Source of the DNA: an uncultured Chloroflexia bacterium
GTDB lineage: Bacteria > Chloroflexota > Limnocylindria > QHBO01
Direction of reading: 5' to 3'
Length of the DNA: 64,000 bases
NCBI GenBank assembly: GCA_963827475.1
Contig: CAWHAZ010000005.1
Span: 128,001-192,000 of the forward strand
The notes beneath the pieces were generated by a model. It had not been told where the DNA came from and ran no database searches. It saw only the letters and a program-made list of their open reading frames with translations. How positions within the stretch are numbered: the stretch's first letter is position 1; every line of letters starts with the position of its first letter. Position numbers and translations under genes: made by a program. This document shows positions 9,402-20,429 of the stretch, piece by piece.

Positions 9402-11504
9402 GTGATGACTCGATGGCTCGAGGGCGTCAGCGCGCTGGGGATCGCGGCCATCCTGGTCGGCATCTGGATGCTGAATGGGACGCAACTCGAGTCGAGCTGG
9501 ACCGGGGCGCTCGAGGGCGTGGTGAGCCAGCTTCCGGTCACGCTTCCGGCGACGCTGGCGGTCCTGTTCGCCACGGCAGTTCAGATCGTCGCGGGAGCCG
9601 TCGTCGTGCGAGCGTTGAGGGGGCGTCCGTACCGCTCGGTTATCGACGCGTTACTCGGCGGCCTGGTTGGGGCCGTGGTCATCGGCCTGGTCTGCCTGAT
9701 GCTATTGGGCAGCCTCGGCTGGTTCGTGGCGCCGGCGCTGGTGGTGGTGAACGGCGTCGTCATCGGTCTGGGCTGGTTCGTCCGGCCGTGGTTCGCCGAG
9801 CCGACGAGGCTGAAGGTCGGGCGGGCGACGGTGGCCGGGGCGCTGGTCGTCTTGGCGTGGTCGGGCGCGGTGATCCTGCAGCTCGCGTCGCCGGTGGTGC
9901 CGTTCATCGACGTCCTGCCCAATCACGTGGCGCCGGCCCAGCATCTCGCCACGTTCGGCGCGTTCGACGTCCTGACCACCGCCCCGTCGCCCATCTACGG
10001 ACCATCGCGGATGTTCCTTGGCTATACCGGGCTGCTGGGAACGGTCACCGTCCTGAGCGGGCAGCCGGCGGGACTGGCCGTGTCGGCCGTCATCCTGCCG
10101 GCGGCGGTCCTGGTGGGGGCAGGGATGGCCCGCCTCGCGTCCACGATCCACGGCGTCGGAGTGGGCTGGTGGATGCTCATCGCCTTCGTGCTGACCGAGT
10201 CGTTCGCCCGGATGGCCGACGCGCGGGCCACGGTCATCGTCCTGGCGCTGACCGCGTTCTGCCTGGTCGAGCTGCTCGAGGGCGACGAGCGGGCCAAGCC
10301 GCTCACCCTGGCCGTGGCGCTGGGCGCGACCCTCTTCTTCCATCCGCTGATCGGGCTCATGACCGCGGCCGTGGTCGGTGGCATGGTTGCCGTCCAGCCG
10401 GATCGGCATGCCCGCCTCGGCGTTCCGGCCCTGATCGGTGGCGCGATCCTCGCCCTGCCGCAGGCGGCGACCATGGTCGGGCTGGGCCTTCCATCAGCGC
10501 TCGGCCTGGTCGTGGTGCCGCCGGCGATCGGCGCGGTGTGGCTCTTCGACCGATGGGACGCCGGGCGTCGGTGGTTCGCCTTCGGCATCCGGTGGGCAGC
10601 GATCGCTGCCGTCGTGCTCGTGGTCGTCGCCGCGCTGCCGTCCGCCGATCGGTGGATGAGCACCTTCTCCGGCTTCTTCCTCGACTACCCGGTGCTGGTC
10701 CTGACCGTCCTCGTGGCCGGGGCCGTGGCCGGTCGGCGGACATTCGCCGCCGTGCCGGTGCTGGCCTTCGGCATCGGTCTGCTGGCGGTTCTGGCCGCGG
10801 CCGCCGTTCCGTGGCAGGCGCTGGGGATCGAGGGCATCGACTTCGAGGTCACGAAGACGCTCCACTACTGGGTGCCGGTGTTCCTCGCCGTCATGGCGGC
10901 CTACGCGCTCCGGGCGGTGTGGATGCGGCCGGACCTGGTGGAGTGGACCCGGGTCGTGGCCATCGGTCTGTTCCTCATCCTGGCGGCGCTCCCGTTGCGC
11001 GCCACCCCCATCGACGCCTTCCACCTGGGCGAGCATCGGATGAGCGAGACGCTCTCGATCGACCTGCGCTTTGCGCAAACTGGGTTCTGGCTGGGCTACC
11101 CCGACGCCAGGACGGTGATCAACGCGGAGCAGCAGGAGCTGGTTGGCCGGCTGCGGGACGAGGTGACCGCCGGCCTGCTCGAGTCGACCACGCCGGTCCT
11201 CCACGTGGCCTTCAACTTCCAGCAGTGGGATGCGACCCCGGTGGGGGTGTTCGGGGGCATGATCGAGACGATGGTCTCGATCGAGACCGAGGTCAGCAGC
11301 CACACGGCGGGTGGTCGGCTCCACCCCTTCACCGACCTCGAACCGATGCTTCAGGAAGCGTTTCCGTACGTCCTATTGGAGCCCGAGGGACTCCCACCCG
11401 AGACCCGGGACCTGGTTCTGGCGGCGGGCTTCGAATCGATCTTTGCGAATGGACAGGGGGAGATTCTTGTGCGGTCTGGTGAGGTGGCAACCGGCAGCCG
11501 ATAG
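9402..11504 (+). CDS. Large polytopic membrane protein (possibly GT-C glycosyltransferase-like)
   Basis: 700 aa, many hydrophobic segments, DVLPNH loop, soluble C-terminal domain. Confidence 0.65.
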   Translation: MMTRWLEGVSALGIAAILVGIWMLNGTQLESSWTGALEGVVSQLPVTLPATLAVLFATAVQIVAGAVVVRALRGRPYRSVIDALLGGLVGAVVIGLVCLMLLGSLGWFVAPALVVVNGVVIGLGWFVRPWFAEPTRLKVGRATVAGALVVLAWSGAVILQLASPVVPFIDVLPNHVAPAQHLATFGAFDVLTTAPSPIYGPSRMFLGYTGLLGTVTVLSGQPAGLAVSAVILPAAVLVGAGMARLASTIHGVGVGWWMLIAFVLTESFARMADARATVIVLALTAFCLVELLEGDERAKPLTLAVALGATLFFHPLIGLMTAAVVGGMVAVQPDRHARLGVPALIGGAILALPQAATMVGLGLPSALGLVVVPPAIGAVWLFDRWDAGRRWFAFGIRWAAIAAVVLVVVAALPSADRWMSTFSGFFLDYPVLVLTVLVAGAVAGRRTFAAVPVLAFGIGLLAVLAAAAVPWQALGIEGIDFEVTKTLHYWVPVFLAVMAAYALRAVWMRPDLVEWTRVVAIGLFLILAALPLRATPIDAFHLGEHRMSETLSIDLRFAQTGFWLGYPDARTVINAEQQELVGRLRDEVTAGLLESTTPVLHVAFNFQQWDATPVGVFGGMIETMVSIETEVSSHTAGGRLHPFTDLEPMLQEAFPYVLLEPEGLPPETRDLVLAAGFESIFANGQGEILVRSGEVATGSR

Positions 11505-11522
11505 GACTACGATCCATCCCCC

Positions 11523-12041
11523 GTGACCGACGATCTGCTCGACGCCTACCGCATTCTCCAGGTCGATCCGCGCGCGGAGGACTTCATCCTCGAGGCCGCC
11601 TTCCGCGCCCTCGCCCGCCGATTCCACCCGGATGGCGAGATGCCGGATGCGAACCGGATGGCAGAGATCAACCGCGCCTACGAGCTGGTCCGGACGGCGG
11701 AGCGGCGCAAGCGGTATGACCGCCTCCACCACCTCCGACCCGTGGGCCCCGGTGGGGTGGGGGAGTCACCGAGCCTGGCCGCGCAGGCTTTTGGCGGGCG
11801 CGTGCCGCCGCCGAGCAACGGCCCCGGCGGGCCGACGGCGGCCGACAACCCGATGTACATGACCGTCGACTTCGGCCGCTACGCCGGCTGGACCCTGAAG
11901 GACCTCCTCCGCCACGACCCGGATTACCTGCGGTGGCTGTACCGCCATTCGTCCGGCGTTCGCTATCGGTACCAGATCGCGCGAATGCTCCCGGACGTGA
12001 ATCCGGAGGAGTCCCTCACGGCGAAGCGCAACAAGTACTGA
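11523..12041 (+). CDS. J-domain protein with C-terminal DUF3820-like domain
   Basis: AYRILQV...FHPD...INRAYELV; DFGRYAGWTLKDLLRHDPDYLRWL. Confidence 0.85.
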   Translation: MTDDLLDAYRILQVDPRAEDFILEAAFRALARRFHPDGEMPDANRMAEINRAYELVRTAERRKRYDRLHHLRPVGPGGVGESPSLAAQAFGGRVPPPSNGPGGPTAADNPMYMTVDFGRYAGWTLKDLLRHDPDYLRWLYRHSSGVRYRYQIARMLPDVNPEESLTAKRNKY

Positions 12042-12128
12042 GGTCGCCCCACCCGATCGGCCCGGCTGACAGGAACCTTGCAATCCTGCAAGGTTGCGTT
12101 CGCTGATGGAACCCCCACGGGTCAGGGG

Positions 12129-12653
12129 ATGGAGCCAGAGTTCGACGCCTACAGCACGCTGCAGATCGATCCCCTCGCCGAGGAGATCGTGCTCGATGCC
12201 GCCTACCGTGCGCTGGCGCGTCGCTATCACCCTGACGGGGAGTCACCCAGCCCGGCCCGCATGGCCGATATCAACCGCGCCTACGCCCTGCTGAGGACGC
12301 CGGAGCTCCGGCGCCGGTACGACGTCGGGCGGAAGTTCTCTCCGGTCGGTCCCGCGGCCGCCGCTCCCTCCCCAACCGCCGACCTTCGCTCCCGCCTGCA
12401 CCCGGACGAGGCGCCGGTCGGCGCGGCCGGTGCGGCAGGTGCTTCAGGTGCCGCCCCCGCCGACACGAACGGGCAGATCGGTCCCGGATCCGCGCTCGAC
12501 TTCGGCCGATACGAGGGCTGGAAGCTGCGTGACCTGGCCCGGCGCGACCCGGACTACCTCCGCTGGTTGGTCCGTCACTCGTCAGGGATCCGCTACCGGA
12601 CCGCGATCGAGCAGGTCCTGCGCGAGATGCGCCTCGCCGCCGCCCGCGACTGA
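12129..12653 (+). CDS. J-domain protein with C-terminal DUF3820-like domain (paralogue)
   Basis: YHPD...INRAYALL; DFGRYEGWKLRDLARRDPDYLRWL. Confidence 0.85.
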   Translation: MEPEFDAYSTLQIDPLAEEIVLDAAYRALARRYHPDGESPSPARMADINRAYALLRTPELRRRYDVGRKFSPVGPAAAAPSPTADLRSRLHPDEAPVGAAGAAGASGAAPADTNGQIGPGSALDFGRYEGWKLRDLARRDPDYLRWLVRHSSGIRYRTAIEQVLREMRLAAARD

Positions 12654-12688
12654 CCCGCCGCGAGGTCCCCGCTGTACGATCGGGGGTG

Positions 12689-13130
12689 ATGGCTGACCCG
12701 AGCGCGGCCGCAACCGACGAGAGCGCCGACGGAACCTGGCGCGCGGGCGCACGGCACCGCTCGAACCGGCGGAGGCGGACCGCCTCTTCCGCGAGGGCGT
12801 GGCCCTGTTCAACGGGGCGCGCTACTGGCACGCCCACGAGAAGTGGGAAACCCTGTGGCGTGCCGCGCCCGACGACGAGCGCGACTTCTACCAGGGCCTG
12901 ATCAAGCTGGCGGCCGGATTCCTCCACCTCTCCCGCCGGAACCGGCGCGGGGCGCGGAACAAGCTGAGCGAGGGGATCGACCACCTCGAGCCCTACGAGC
13001 CGATCCACGACGGGATCGGCGTCAGCGAGCTGGTGGGCAAGGCCAAGGAGGTCGTCGCCGACCTGAACGGCGGCGCCAACCCCTACCTCATCCCGCCGAG
13101 CATCCGCTTCGTGGCTTCCACTCCATGTAG
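12689..13130 (+). CDS. DUF309 family protein (frameshifted; ends approximate)
   Basis: [18 protein letters not shown]...[14 protein letters not shown]. Confidence 0.8.
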
Positions 13131-13134
13131 ACCG

Positions 13135-14535
13135 ATGACGGAGGAGGCAACCAGGCTGGAGCACGACTCCATGGGCGAGGTCGCGGTCCCGGCCAGCGCG
13201 AAGTGGGGCGCCACCACCCAGCGGGCGGTCGAGAACTTCCCGATCAGCGGCCAGCGGATGGACCCCGCGGTCATCCATGCCCTGGGCCGGATCAAGGCCG
13301 CGGCGGCATCGGTCAATGCGCAGCTGGGGGTGATCGAGACCGATGCGGCGGCCGCCATCCAGGCAGCCGCCGAGGAAGTGGCGGCCGGTGGCTGGGACGA
13401 CCAGTTCCCGATCGACGTCTTCCAGACCGGGTCCGGCACCTCGTCGAACATGAACGCCAACGAGGTCATCGCAACCCTCGCCGCCGAGCAGTTCGGCCAG
13501 CCGGTCCATCCCAACGACCACGTCAACGCGTCGCAGTCGTCGAACGACGTCATCCCGTCCGCCATCCACCTGGCCGCGACCGATGGGGTGGTGAACGACC
13601 TCATCCCGGCGCTCGACCGAGCTGGCGGAGGCGCTGGAGGCGAAGGCCGCCGAGTTCGCCGATGTCGTGAAGTCCGGGCGCACTCACCTGATGGACGCCA
13701 CGCCGGTGACGCTGGGCCAGGAGTTCGGCGGCTACGCGGCGCAGGTCCGGTACGGGATCGAGCGGCTGGAGGCCACCCTGCCGCGGGTCGGGGAGCTGGC
13801 GCTCGGCGGGACCGCGGTCGGAACCGGGATCAACGCCCCGGCGGGGTTCGCGGCGGCGGTCATCGGGCAGCTGCGCGAGTCGACCGGCCTGCCGCTGACC
13901 GAGGCCCGCAACCATTTCGAGGCACAGGGCGCCCAGGACGGGCTGGTGGAGCTGAGCGGCCAGCTGCGGACGGTGGCCATCGGCCTGTACAAGATCGCGA
14001 CCGACATCCGGTGGATGGGCTCCGGCCCGCGCGCCGGCCTGGCCGAGATCCACGTCCCGGACCTGCAGCCGGGGAGCAGCATCATGCCCGGCAAGGTGAA
14101 CCCGGTCGTGGCCGAGGCGCTGTCCATGGTCTGCGCCCAGGTCATCGGCAACGACGCGGCCGTGGCCTTCGGCGGCAGCCAGGGCAACTTCGAGCTGAAC
14201 ATCATGCTGCCCGTCATCGCCCGCAACGTGCTCGAGTCCATCCGGCTGCTGGCTCGTCCTCGTCCCGCCTGTTCGCGGACCGATGCGTCCGCGGCATCAC
14301 CGCGGACGAGGACCGTGCCCGGGAATACGCCGAGGGCTCACCCTCGGTGGCGACGGCCCTGAACCCGGTCCTCGGTTACGAGGAAGCGGCGAGCATCGCC
14401 AAGCAGGCCCTCGCCGAGCGGAAGTCCATCCGGGACGTTGTCCTCGAGCGTGGCCACGTCGACAACGGCACCCTCATCTTCGCCGACCTCGACCGCCTCC
14501 TCGACGTGCGCCGGATGACGCGTCAGGGAGGTTGA
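13135..14535 (+). CDS. fumC: Class II fumarate hydratase (two frameshifts)
   Basis: [45 protein letters not shown]. Confidence 0.93.
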   Translation: MTEEATRLEHDSMGEVAVPASAKWGATTQRAVENFPISGQRMDPAVIHALGRIKAAAASVNAQLGVIETDAAAAIQAAAEEVAAGGWDDQFPIDVFQTGSGTSSNMNANEVIATLAAEQFGQPVHPNDHVNASQSSNDVIPSAIHLAATDGVVNDLIPALDRAGGGAGGEGRRVRRCREVRAHSPDGRHAGDAGPGVRRLRGAGPVRDRAAGGHPAAGRGAGARRDRGRNRDQRPGGVRGGGHRAAARVDRPAADRGPQPFRGTGRPGRAGGAERPAADGGHRPVQDRDRHPVDGLRPARRPGRDPRPGPAAGEQHHARQGEPGRGRGAVHGLRPGHRQRRGRGLRRQPGQLRAEHHAARHRPQRARVHPAAGSSSSRLFADRCVRGITADEDRAREYAEGSPSVATALNPVLGYEEAASIAKQALAERKSIRDVVLERGHVDNGTLIFADLDRLLDVRRMTRQGG

Positions 14536-14554
14536 CCGCTCGAGCGGCCGTTTC

Positions 14555-16522
14555 CTAGGCGACAGCCGCGACCGAAACCGGCTCGCGGATGCCCTTGAGC
14601 TTCTCGGTTCTCAGCGGCCCGTGGGTCACCGCGCGACTCGCTGCCTCGATCGCGTCCTGGCTGATGAGGATCTCGTCGGCCGCGGCGAGCGACGCGATGC
14701 GCGCGGCGACGTGCACCCCGCGGCCGGAGTAGCCGCCGCCACTCTTGTTCGCCTCGGCGGCATGGAGGCCGATGCGGATTGGCGGGGCGAAGCCGTGGTC
14801 GCGTCGGTGGTCGCGCATCGTCCGACGGATGGCGGTGGCAGCCTCGACTGCCTGATCCGCGTCGGCGAAGGCGATGAAGAATCCATCGCCGGCGTGATCC
14901 AGGATCTCGCCTCGGCGCTCCAGGGCGAGGTGGCGGATCGTATCGTCGTGCCAGCGCAGGAGCGCTTCCCAGGCGTCATCACCAATGGCTTCGATGAGAT
15001 CGGTCGATCGGACGACATCGGTGAACATGAAGACGCGCCGAGCCCGGTCAGCACCCTGATCGGAGACCGATGCGCCTTCGATCCGCTCCAATGCGACATG
15101 AGCTGCCTTGAGGTCGGGCTCGGCGCCGAGTCGCTCGAACGTCGCGATCGCCGAGCGAAGCTCCAGCGCAGCCGCATCGGTCCGGCCGCCGGCGATGAGG
15201 GCTCGTCCCAGTGAGGCCCTCGCCCGTGCCGTCTCGTACGGGGCACTGAGCTCCTGCCAGATCCGCCACGACTGGCGAAAGGACTCGACCGCGGTATCGA
15301 CGTCGGCCGCGGCCAGCGCCGCCCGGCCCGTGGCGTCGGCCGCCGCGGCTCGCAATGCATGTGTGCCGTAGGTGTCGGCCAGCCGGCTCATCTCGCTCGC
15401 CGCCGTACGCGCCTCGTCGACAGCCCCGGCTGCCACCGCGGCTTCAACCTGCGCCGGGAGCAGGTGCGCTCGCTCGAGAGGGGTGGCGATCGGATTGCCG
15501 AGTGACTCGCTCAGCAGGCTGCGGGCGACATCGGTCCGGCCCTGCGCCAGGTGGAGCATGGCCAGACCAGGTTGCGGATCGCGGCCGAGCTCATGCGCCT
15601 CGGCAAAGGCCTTGGCGGCGGCCCCGAAGTCGCCCAGCCGGAGGCGGATCTCGCCGATCTGGTAGAAGCCTTCGCCGGCATAGGCGATGGAGAAGTCGCG
15701 GAGCTCGTCACACGCCAGGCGCGCCTCGGACTCGGCTTTCGCCCAGTCTCCCGACAGTCGAATGATCTCCGCCCGTCGCACGCGGCACATGCCGGGGAAG
15801 CCGGCGATCTGCTGCCGATCGCACCAGCGCTCGGCCGCCTCGGCGAAGTCCGCAGCCCGCCGATAGTCGGCCACGTCCTCGCAGATGATCGTCGCGTTGC
15901 AATAGACGATCGCCGCGGCCCGCGGTGAGAGCTCATCTCCGACGGCGGCCACCATCGCCTCCTCGAGCAGGGCCATGCCTTCGTCGACGCGTCCCAGCTC
16001 GACGAGCACGCGACCCTGGTCCTGCATCCCCAGACCGATCAGGTCGCGGTCGCCGAGCCGATTCCCGATTTCGAACACCCGGATGGAGTGCTTCAGGGCG
16101 CCTTCGAGGTCGCCTCGGCCATACGCGGCGTTGCGACGCGCCCGTTCGAGAAGCCCGTGCTCGTGTGACTCGGGCCTCCCCTCCAGAAGGCGCTCCGCCC
16201 GCCGCAGCCACCCGTGGGAGACTGCTCCTTCGAGCCGGTGGCCGTACTCAGTCACGAGTTGCAGTGCGGTCTGCGCGGCACCCTGGATGTCGCCCGAGGC
16301 CGTGTGGCCGGCGTACGCTCGTTCCTGGGCGGCAATCGCTCGGGTCATGCTGCCGGACCACCATTCGGCGTCGCCGAGGAGATCGAGGTCATCCGGCGTC
16401 AGCAGGCCGGCCTCGTCGGCAACAGCGAACAGCTCGACCGCCGCCTGCCAGCGGTGTTCTTCCACGGCAGCTCGCGCCTGGATCAGGGCTGCGGCCGGTG
16501 GCGTCGTTCGGGTCGTGGCCAT
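14555..16522 (-). CDS. TPR-repeat protein with C-terminal class III nucleotide cyclase domain
   Basis: Helical repeats then FMFTDVVRST, AGDGFF, RIGLH, VHVAARIA, LKGI. Confidence 0.85.
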   Translation of the reverse strand: MATTRTTPPAAALIQARAAVEEHRWQAAVELFAVADEAGLLTPDDLDLLGDAEWWSGSMTRAIAAQERAYAGHTASGDIQGAAQTALQLVTEYGHRLEGAVSHGWLRRAERLLEGRPESHEHGLLERARRNAAYGRGDLEGALKHSIRVFEIGNRLGDRDLIGLGMQDQGRVLVELGRVDEGMALLEEAMVAAVGDELSPRAAAIVYCNATIICEDVADYRRAADFAEAAERWCDRQQIAGFPGMCRVRRAEIIRLSGDWAKAESEARLACDELRDFSIAYAGEGFYQIGEIRLRLGDFGAAAKAFAEAHELGRDPQPGLAMLHLAQGRTDVARSLLSESLGNPIATPLERAHLLPAQVEAAVAAGAVDEARTAASEMSRLADTYGTHALRAAAADATGRAALAAADVDTAVESFRQSWRIWQELSAPYETARARASLGRALIAGGRTDAAALELRSAIATFERLGAEPDLKAAHVALERIEGASVSDQGADRARRVFMFTDVVRSTDLIEAIGDDAWEALLRWHDDTIRHLALERRGEILDHAGDGFFIAFADADQAVEAATAIRRTMRDHRRDHGFAPPIRIGLHAAEANKSGGGYSGRGVHVAARIASLAAADEILISQDAIEAASRAVTHGPLRTEKLKGIREPVSVAAVA

Positions 16523-16618
16523 GGCGCGGCTGATCCTACATCGGCATTCCTCGCGACCCTGTCGGCTGGACGACCCCACCCGCCCTACAATCGGCCGAAG
16601 CCTCAACGTGGAGTGGTC

Positions 16619-18128
16619 GTGACCATCGCGACGAATACGAATCGCAACCTCATCGGCGGGGAGTGGGCTGCGGCCCGATCGGGCAAGACCTTCACCTCGA
16701 CCAGCCCGGCCAATCGGGACGACGTCATCGGCGAATTCGCGGCCAGCGGCAAGGAGGACGTCGACGCCGCAGTGGCGGCGGCCAAGGCGGCGTATCCCGC
16801 CTGGTCGATGATGCCCGCGCCCAAGCGAGGCGAGATCCTGTTCAAGGTCGCGCGGATCCTGACCGAGCACAAGGAAGAGTTGTCCCGCCTCCTGACCCGC
16901 GAGATGGGCAAGGTCCTGCCCGAGGCCCGGGGCGATGTCCAGGAGGCCATCGACGTCGCGTACTACATGGCCGGGGAGGGGCGGCGGCTGTTCGGCTACA
17001 CCGTGCCGTCGGAAATGCCCGACAAGTTCGCGATGGCCATCCGCAAGCCGATTGGCGTGGCCGCAATCATCGCGCCGTGGAACTTCCCGATCGCCATCCC
17101 CGCCTGGAAGCTCTTCCCGGCACTGATCAGCGGCAACACGGCGGTCATGAAACCGGCCTCCGACACCCCCGGCTGCATGATCCGATTCACCGAGCTCCTG
17201 CTCGAGGGCGGGATCCCCGATGGGCGTGGTCAACGTCGTCACAGGCTCCGGCAACGAGGTCGGACACCCGCTGGTCGAGCACCCCGACGTCAAGCTCATT
17301 TCGTTCACCGGCCACACGGAGACCGGGGTCGACATCTCGTCGCGCGCGGCGAAGACGCTGAAGCGCGTCAGCCTGGAGCTTGGCGGCAAGAACCCGATCG
17401 TCATCTGGGACGACGCCGACCTCGACCTGGCCCTGGACTCGGTCATCTGGTCCGCGTTCGGGACCTCCGGCCAGCGCTGCACGGCGGCCAGCCGGATCAT
17501 CGTCCATCGGTCCATCCACGACGACTTCGTCCAGAAGCTCCACAAGCGGGCGGCGGCGCTGGTCCTGGGGGACGGGCTGCTGGAGACGACCGATGTCGGG
17601 CCGGTCATCAACGACAAGGCCGTCGAACGCATCGCTGGGTACATCCATATCGGTGAGAGTGAAGGCGTGCTGGTGGTCGGTGGCGACGTGGCGCGGGACG
17701 GGGAGCTGGCCAAGGGCTCGTTCTTCGAGCCCACCGTGTTTGCGGAAGTGAAGGGCGACGCGCGGATCGCGCAGGAGGAGATCTTCGGGCCGGTCACCGC
17801 TGTCATCCCGGTCGACACCTGGGACGAGGCGGTCCAGGTCGTGAACAGCGTCCAGTACGGGCTGTCGACCTCGCTGTTCACGAACGACGTGAATCTCGCC
17901 TTTCGCTCGATTCGTGACTTCGACTCCGGCCTGGGGTACGTGAACCACGGCACGATCGGGGCGGAGGCGCACCTCCCGTTCGGTGGCACGAAAGCCACCG
18001 GCAACGGCCACCGCGAGGTGGGGCAGACCGCGCTCGACTTCTACACCGAGTGGAAGAGCGTCTACATCGACTACTCGGGCAAGCTCCAGCGGGCCCAGAT
18101 CGACATGGAGTTCGTCGACCAGGACTGA
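16619..18128 (+). CDS. Aldehyde dehydrogenase (frameshift near 17220)
   Basis: APWNFP, KPAS, SFTG, LELGGKNP, GQRCTA, EEIFGP, PFGG. Confidence 0.9.
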
Positions 18129-18191
18129 CGGGACCAGGCGGCCCGAGCGGCCCATAGGCGGTTTTCGGCCTTCGGAGTACGATGGCGGCCC

Positions 18192-18968
18192 ATGCGGTTG
18201 CCCCTGTTCCCGCTCCACGTCGTGGCGTTCCCGCACCTGCCGTTGCCGCTCCACATCTTCGAGCGCAAGTACCGGCAGATGACCGCTGACCTGCTCGAGG
18301 AGGGCAACCCCTACGGCGGGCGGTTCGTGGTGACCATGATCTCCGCCGGCCGCGAGGTGGCGTCGAAACCGGGGACGGGGCAGCTCACCGTGCGGCGGAT
18401 CGGGACCATCTGCGAGATCCGCCGCGCGGACAAGTTCGCAGACGGCCGCTATGCCCTGCTGTCCGTGGGCGTGGGCCGGGCCCGGATCCGCAAGGTCGAC
18501 CACTCGGGCACGTATGCCATCGCGGACGTCACGCCGCTCGATGAGCGCCGCGGCGAGGACGCGGAATCGCTCATCCCCAACGTGCAGGTGGCCCTCGACG
18601 GATACCTCGGGACCATTCGCGAGTTCCTGGCGGAACGAGATGCGGCGGACATGGAGGACCTCCTCGCCGACGCCGAGCTCGGCATCGATCCGGACCTCAT
18701 CCACGAATCGTCGGCGGGGGACGTCAAGCGCGTGACCCGGATGGACCGGTTGATCAAGCCGATTCGCCTGCCGACCGATCCGCTGGCCGCCAGCTACGCG
18801 GTGGCCGGTGTCCTCCAGGTCGAGCTGTCGCGCAAGCAACGTCTGCTGGAAGCGCCAGACGCGGCGGCCCGCCTCCGCGCCGAGCTGGCCCTGCTCCAGC
18901 GCGAGGCCCAGCTGCTGGGGAACGCATCACTGGCCCCGATGGGCCGGTTCGAGTACCACGCCAACTAG
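18192..18968 (+). CDS. Stand-alone Lon peptidase substrate-binding domain protein
   Basis: LPLFPL...LPLHIFERKYRQM...DGRY...KQRLLE. Confidence 0.88.
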   Translation: MRLPLFPLHVVAFPHLPLPLHIFERKYRQMTADLLEEGNPYGGRFVVTMISAGREVASKPGTGQLTVRRIGTICEIRRADKFADGRYALLSVGVGRARIRKVDHSGTYAIADVTPLDERRGEDAESLIPNVQVALDGYLGTIREFLAERDAADMEDLLADAELGIDPDLIHESSAGDVKRVTRMDRLIKPIRLPTDPLAASYAVAGVLQVELSRKQRLLEAPDAAARLRAELALLQREAQLLGNASLAPMGRFEYHAN

Positions 18969-18977
18969 CTACCTGGC

Positions 18978-19877
18978 GGCCGGCGGGCGCGTTCCGGCCG
19001 CGGTCGCCCTCGTCCTCCTCCTGACCACCGCCGCCTGCGACGCCGGTGCCTCGTCAATTCCGTCGGCGAGCCCGAGCCCGTCGCCATCGGTCAGTCCGTC
19101 CGAGCCCGAAGCTCCGAGCGTGCCGCCATCTCCCAGCCCAACACCCGGACCCACGCCGGTGGCGAGCGGGTGCCAGGCGAACAACCGGGTGGCGGCAGGG
19201 GAGCCGGAGGTCATCGCCGTCGCGCCGCGACGCCGGGCAGGCGATGGCTCTCACGCTCGACATGGGCGGCCGCCTCGATCCCGCGCTCGACATCATGGCC
19301 TTCCTCATCGCCAACGAGGTGTGCACCACCCTGTTTCCAACCGGCGCCATGAGCGAGACGCCCACCGGTCAGCAGGTGCTGGCCCTCGTCGCGGAGCACC
19401 CGGAGCTGTTCGAGCTGGGCAACCACACCATGCACCACTGCAACCTGCGTGACGGCGGGCTACGGCTCGCCGACCGAGGCGCCATGCCAGACCGGCGGGC
19501 CACCCGACCAGGACTTCGTCGCCGCGGAGCTGACCGATGCCGCCGCCATCCTCCAGGCAGGCTCCGGCCAGGACCCGATCCCGTACTGGCGCCCGCCGTA
19601 CGGGGCCTATTCTCCGGGCGTCCTGGCCACAGCCGCCGACGCCGGCTACACCAAGACGATCATGTGGTCGCAGGACACGATCGACTGGCGGCCACTCTCC
19701 GAAGGCGGGCCGACGGCCGAGCAGATCGCGTCCAGCGTCGTGACCTCCGCCGGCAGCGGCTCGATCATCCTCATGCATCTCGGCGGATACGAGACCCTGG
19801 ACGCGCTCGAGATCATGGTCCCCGCCCTCCGCGAGCGGGGCCTGATGCTGACCTCGGTCAGCGACCTGCTGAACTAG
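18978..19877 (+). CDS. Polysaccharide deacetylase (NodB-like) lipoprotein, frameshifted; start uncertain
   Basis: Lipobox LTTAAC, SP linker, ALTLDMG, ELGNHTMHH, WRPPYG, DTIDW, IILMH. Confidence 0.8.
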
Positions 19878-20410
19878 CTCGGCGAGGCGGTCTCCGCAGG
19901 CTCGTTCTCCGGATCGAAGCGGATCATCGGGACCTCGCAGGATCCCGGCGTGCGCCTGACCGGGCACAACTGGAGCTGGACCTCGTTGCTGGCGTCGAAA
20001 AGGATGTCGAACACCAGTGCCCGGTAGTTCGCCCCCGACCCGCCGAGGCCCCTGAAATCCACGCACCGTCCGGTGATCTGGAAGTCGGTCCGGATGCGGC
20101 CATCGCAGATCTGGTCGGAGTAGTCAGAATCGGAGCCGGGATCGCGGTAGACCATGAAGAAGCAGTCCCCGACCTGGCGGATGTTCCACAGCGCCACATC
20201 CGAGGAATCGGGCACCGTCCATAGCCCCGTGAGGTTGACCTCGCTGCCGTCCGGGGCATGAAGGTCGATGTCGTTCCCGCAGCCGATGGCCTCCGCGGCG
20301 CCGCCGGCGGAGAAGGGCGTGCTGCTTGGCGAGGGAGCCTCGCTCGAGGGCGCCGTGCAGGCGGCAAGGGCGAGCACGACGGCGCACAGCCCGGCCGTGG
20401 CGAGACTCAT
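19874..20410 (-). CDS. Cys-rich lipoprotein, unknown function (paralogue A)
   Basis: LALAAC lipobox; PDGSEVNLTGLW...RQVGDCFF...CDGRIRTDFQITGRC. Confidence 0.75.
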   Translation of the reverse strand: MSLATAGLCAVVLALAACTAPSSEAPSPSSTPFSAGGAAEAIGCGNDIDLHAPDGSEVNLTGLWTVPDSSDVALWNIRQVGDCFFMVYRDPGSDSDYSDQICDGRIRTDFQITGRCVDFRGLGGSGANYRALVFDILFDASNEVQLQLCPVRRTPGSCEVPMIRFDPENEPAETASPS

Positions 20411-20429
20411 CGCCCAGCGACCTGCTGAC

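Noticed and set aside
12799-14535. Apparent DUF309-fumarase fusion in the ORF track
   Set aside because: FumC has a normal N-terminus at 13135 and a TAG at 13128-13130 lies one frame away; probably an indel artefact, though not excluded without reads.
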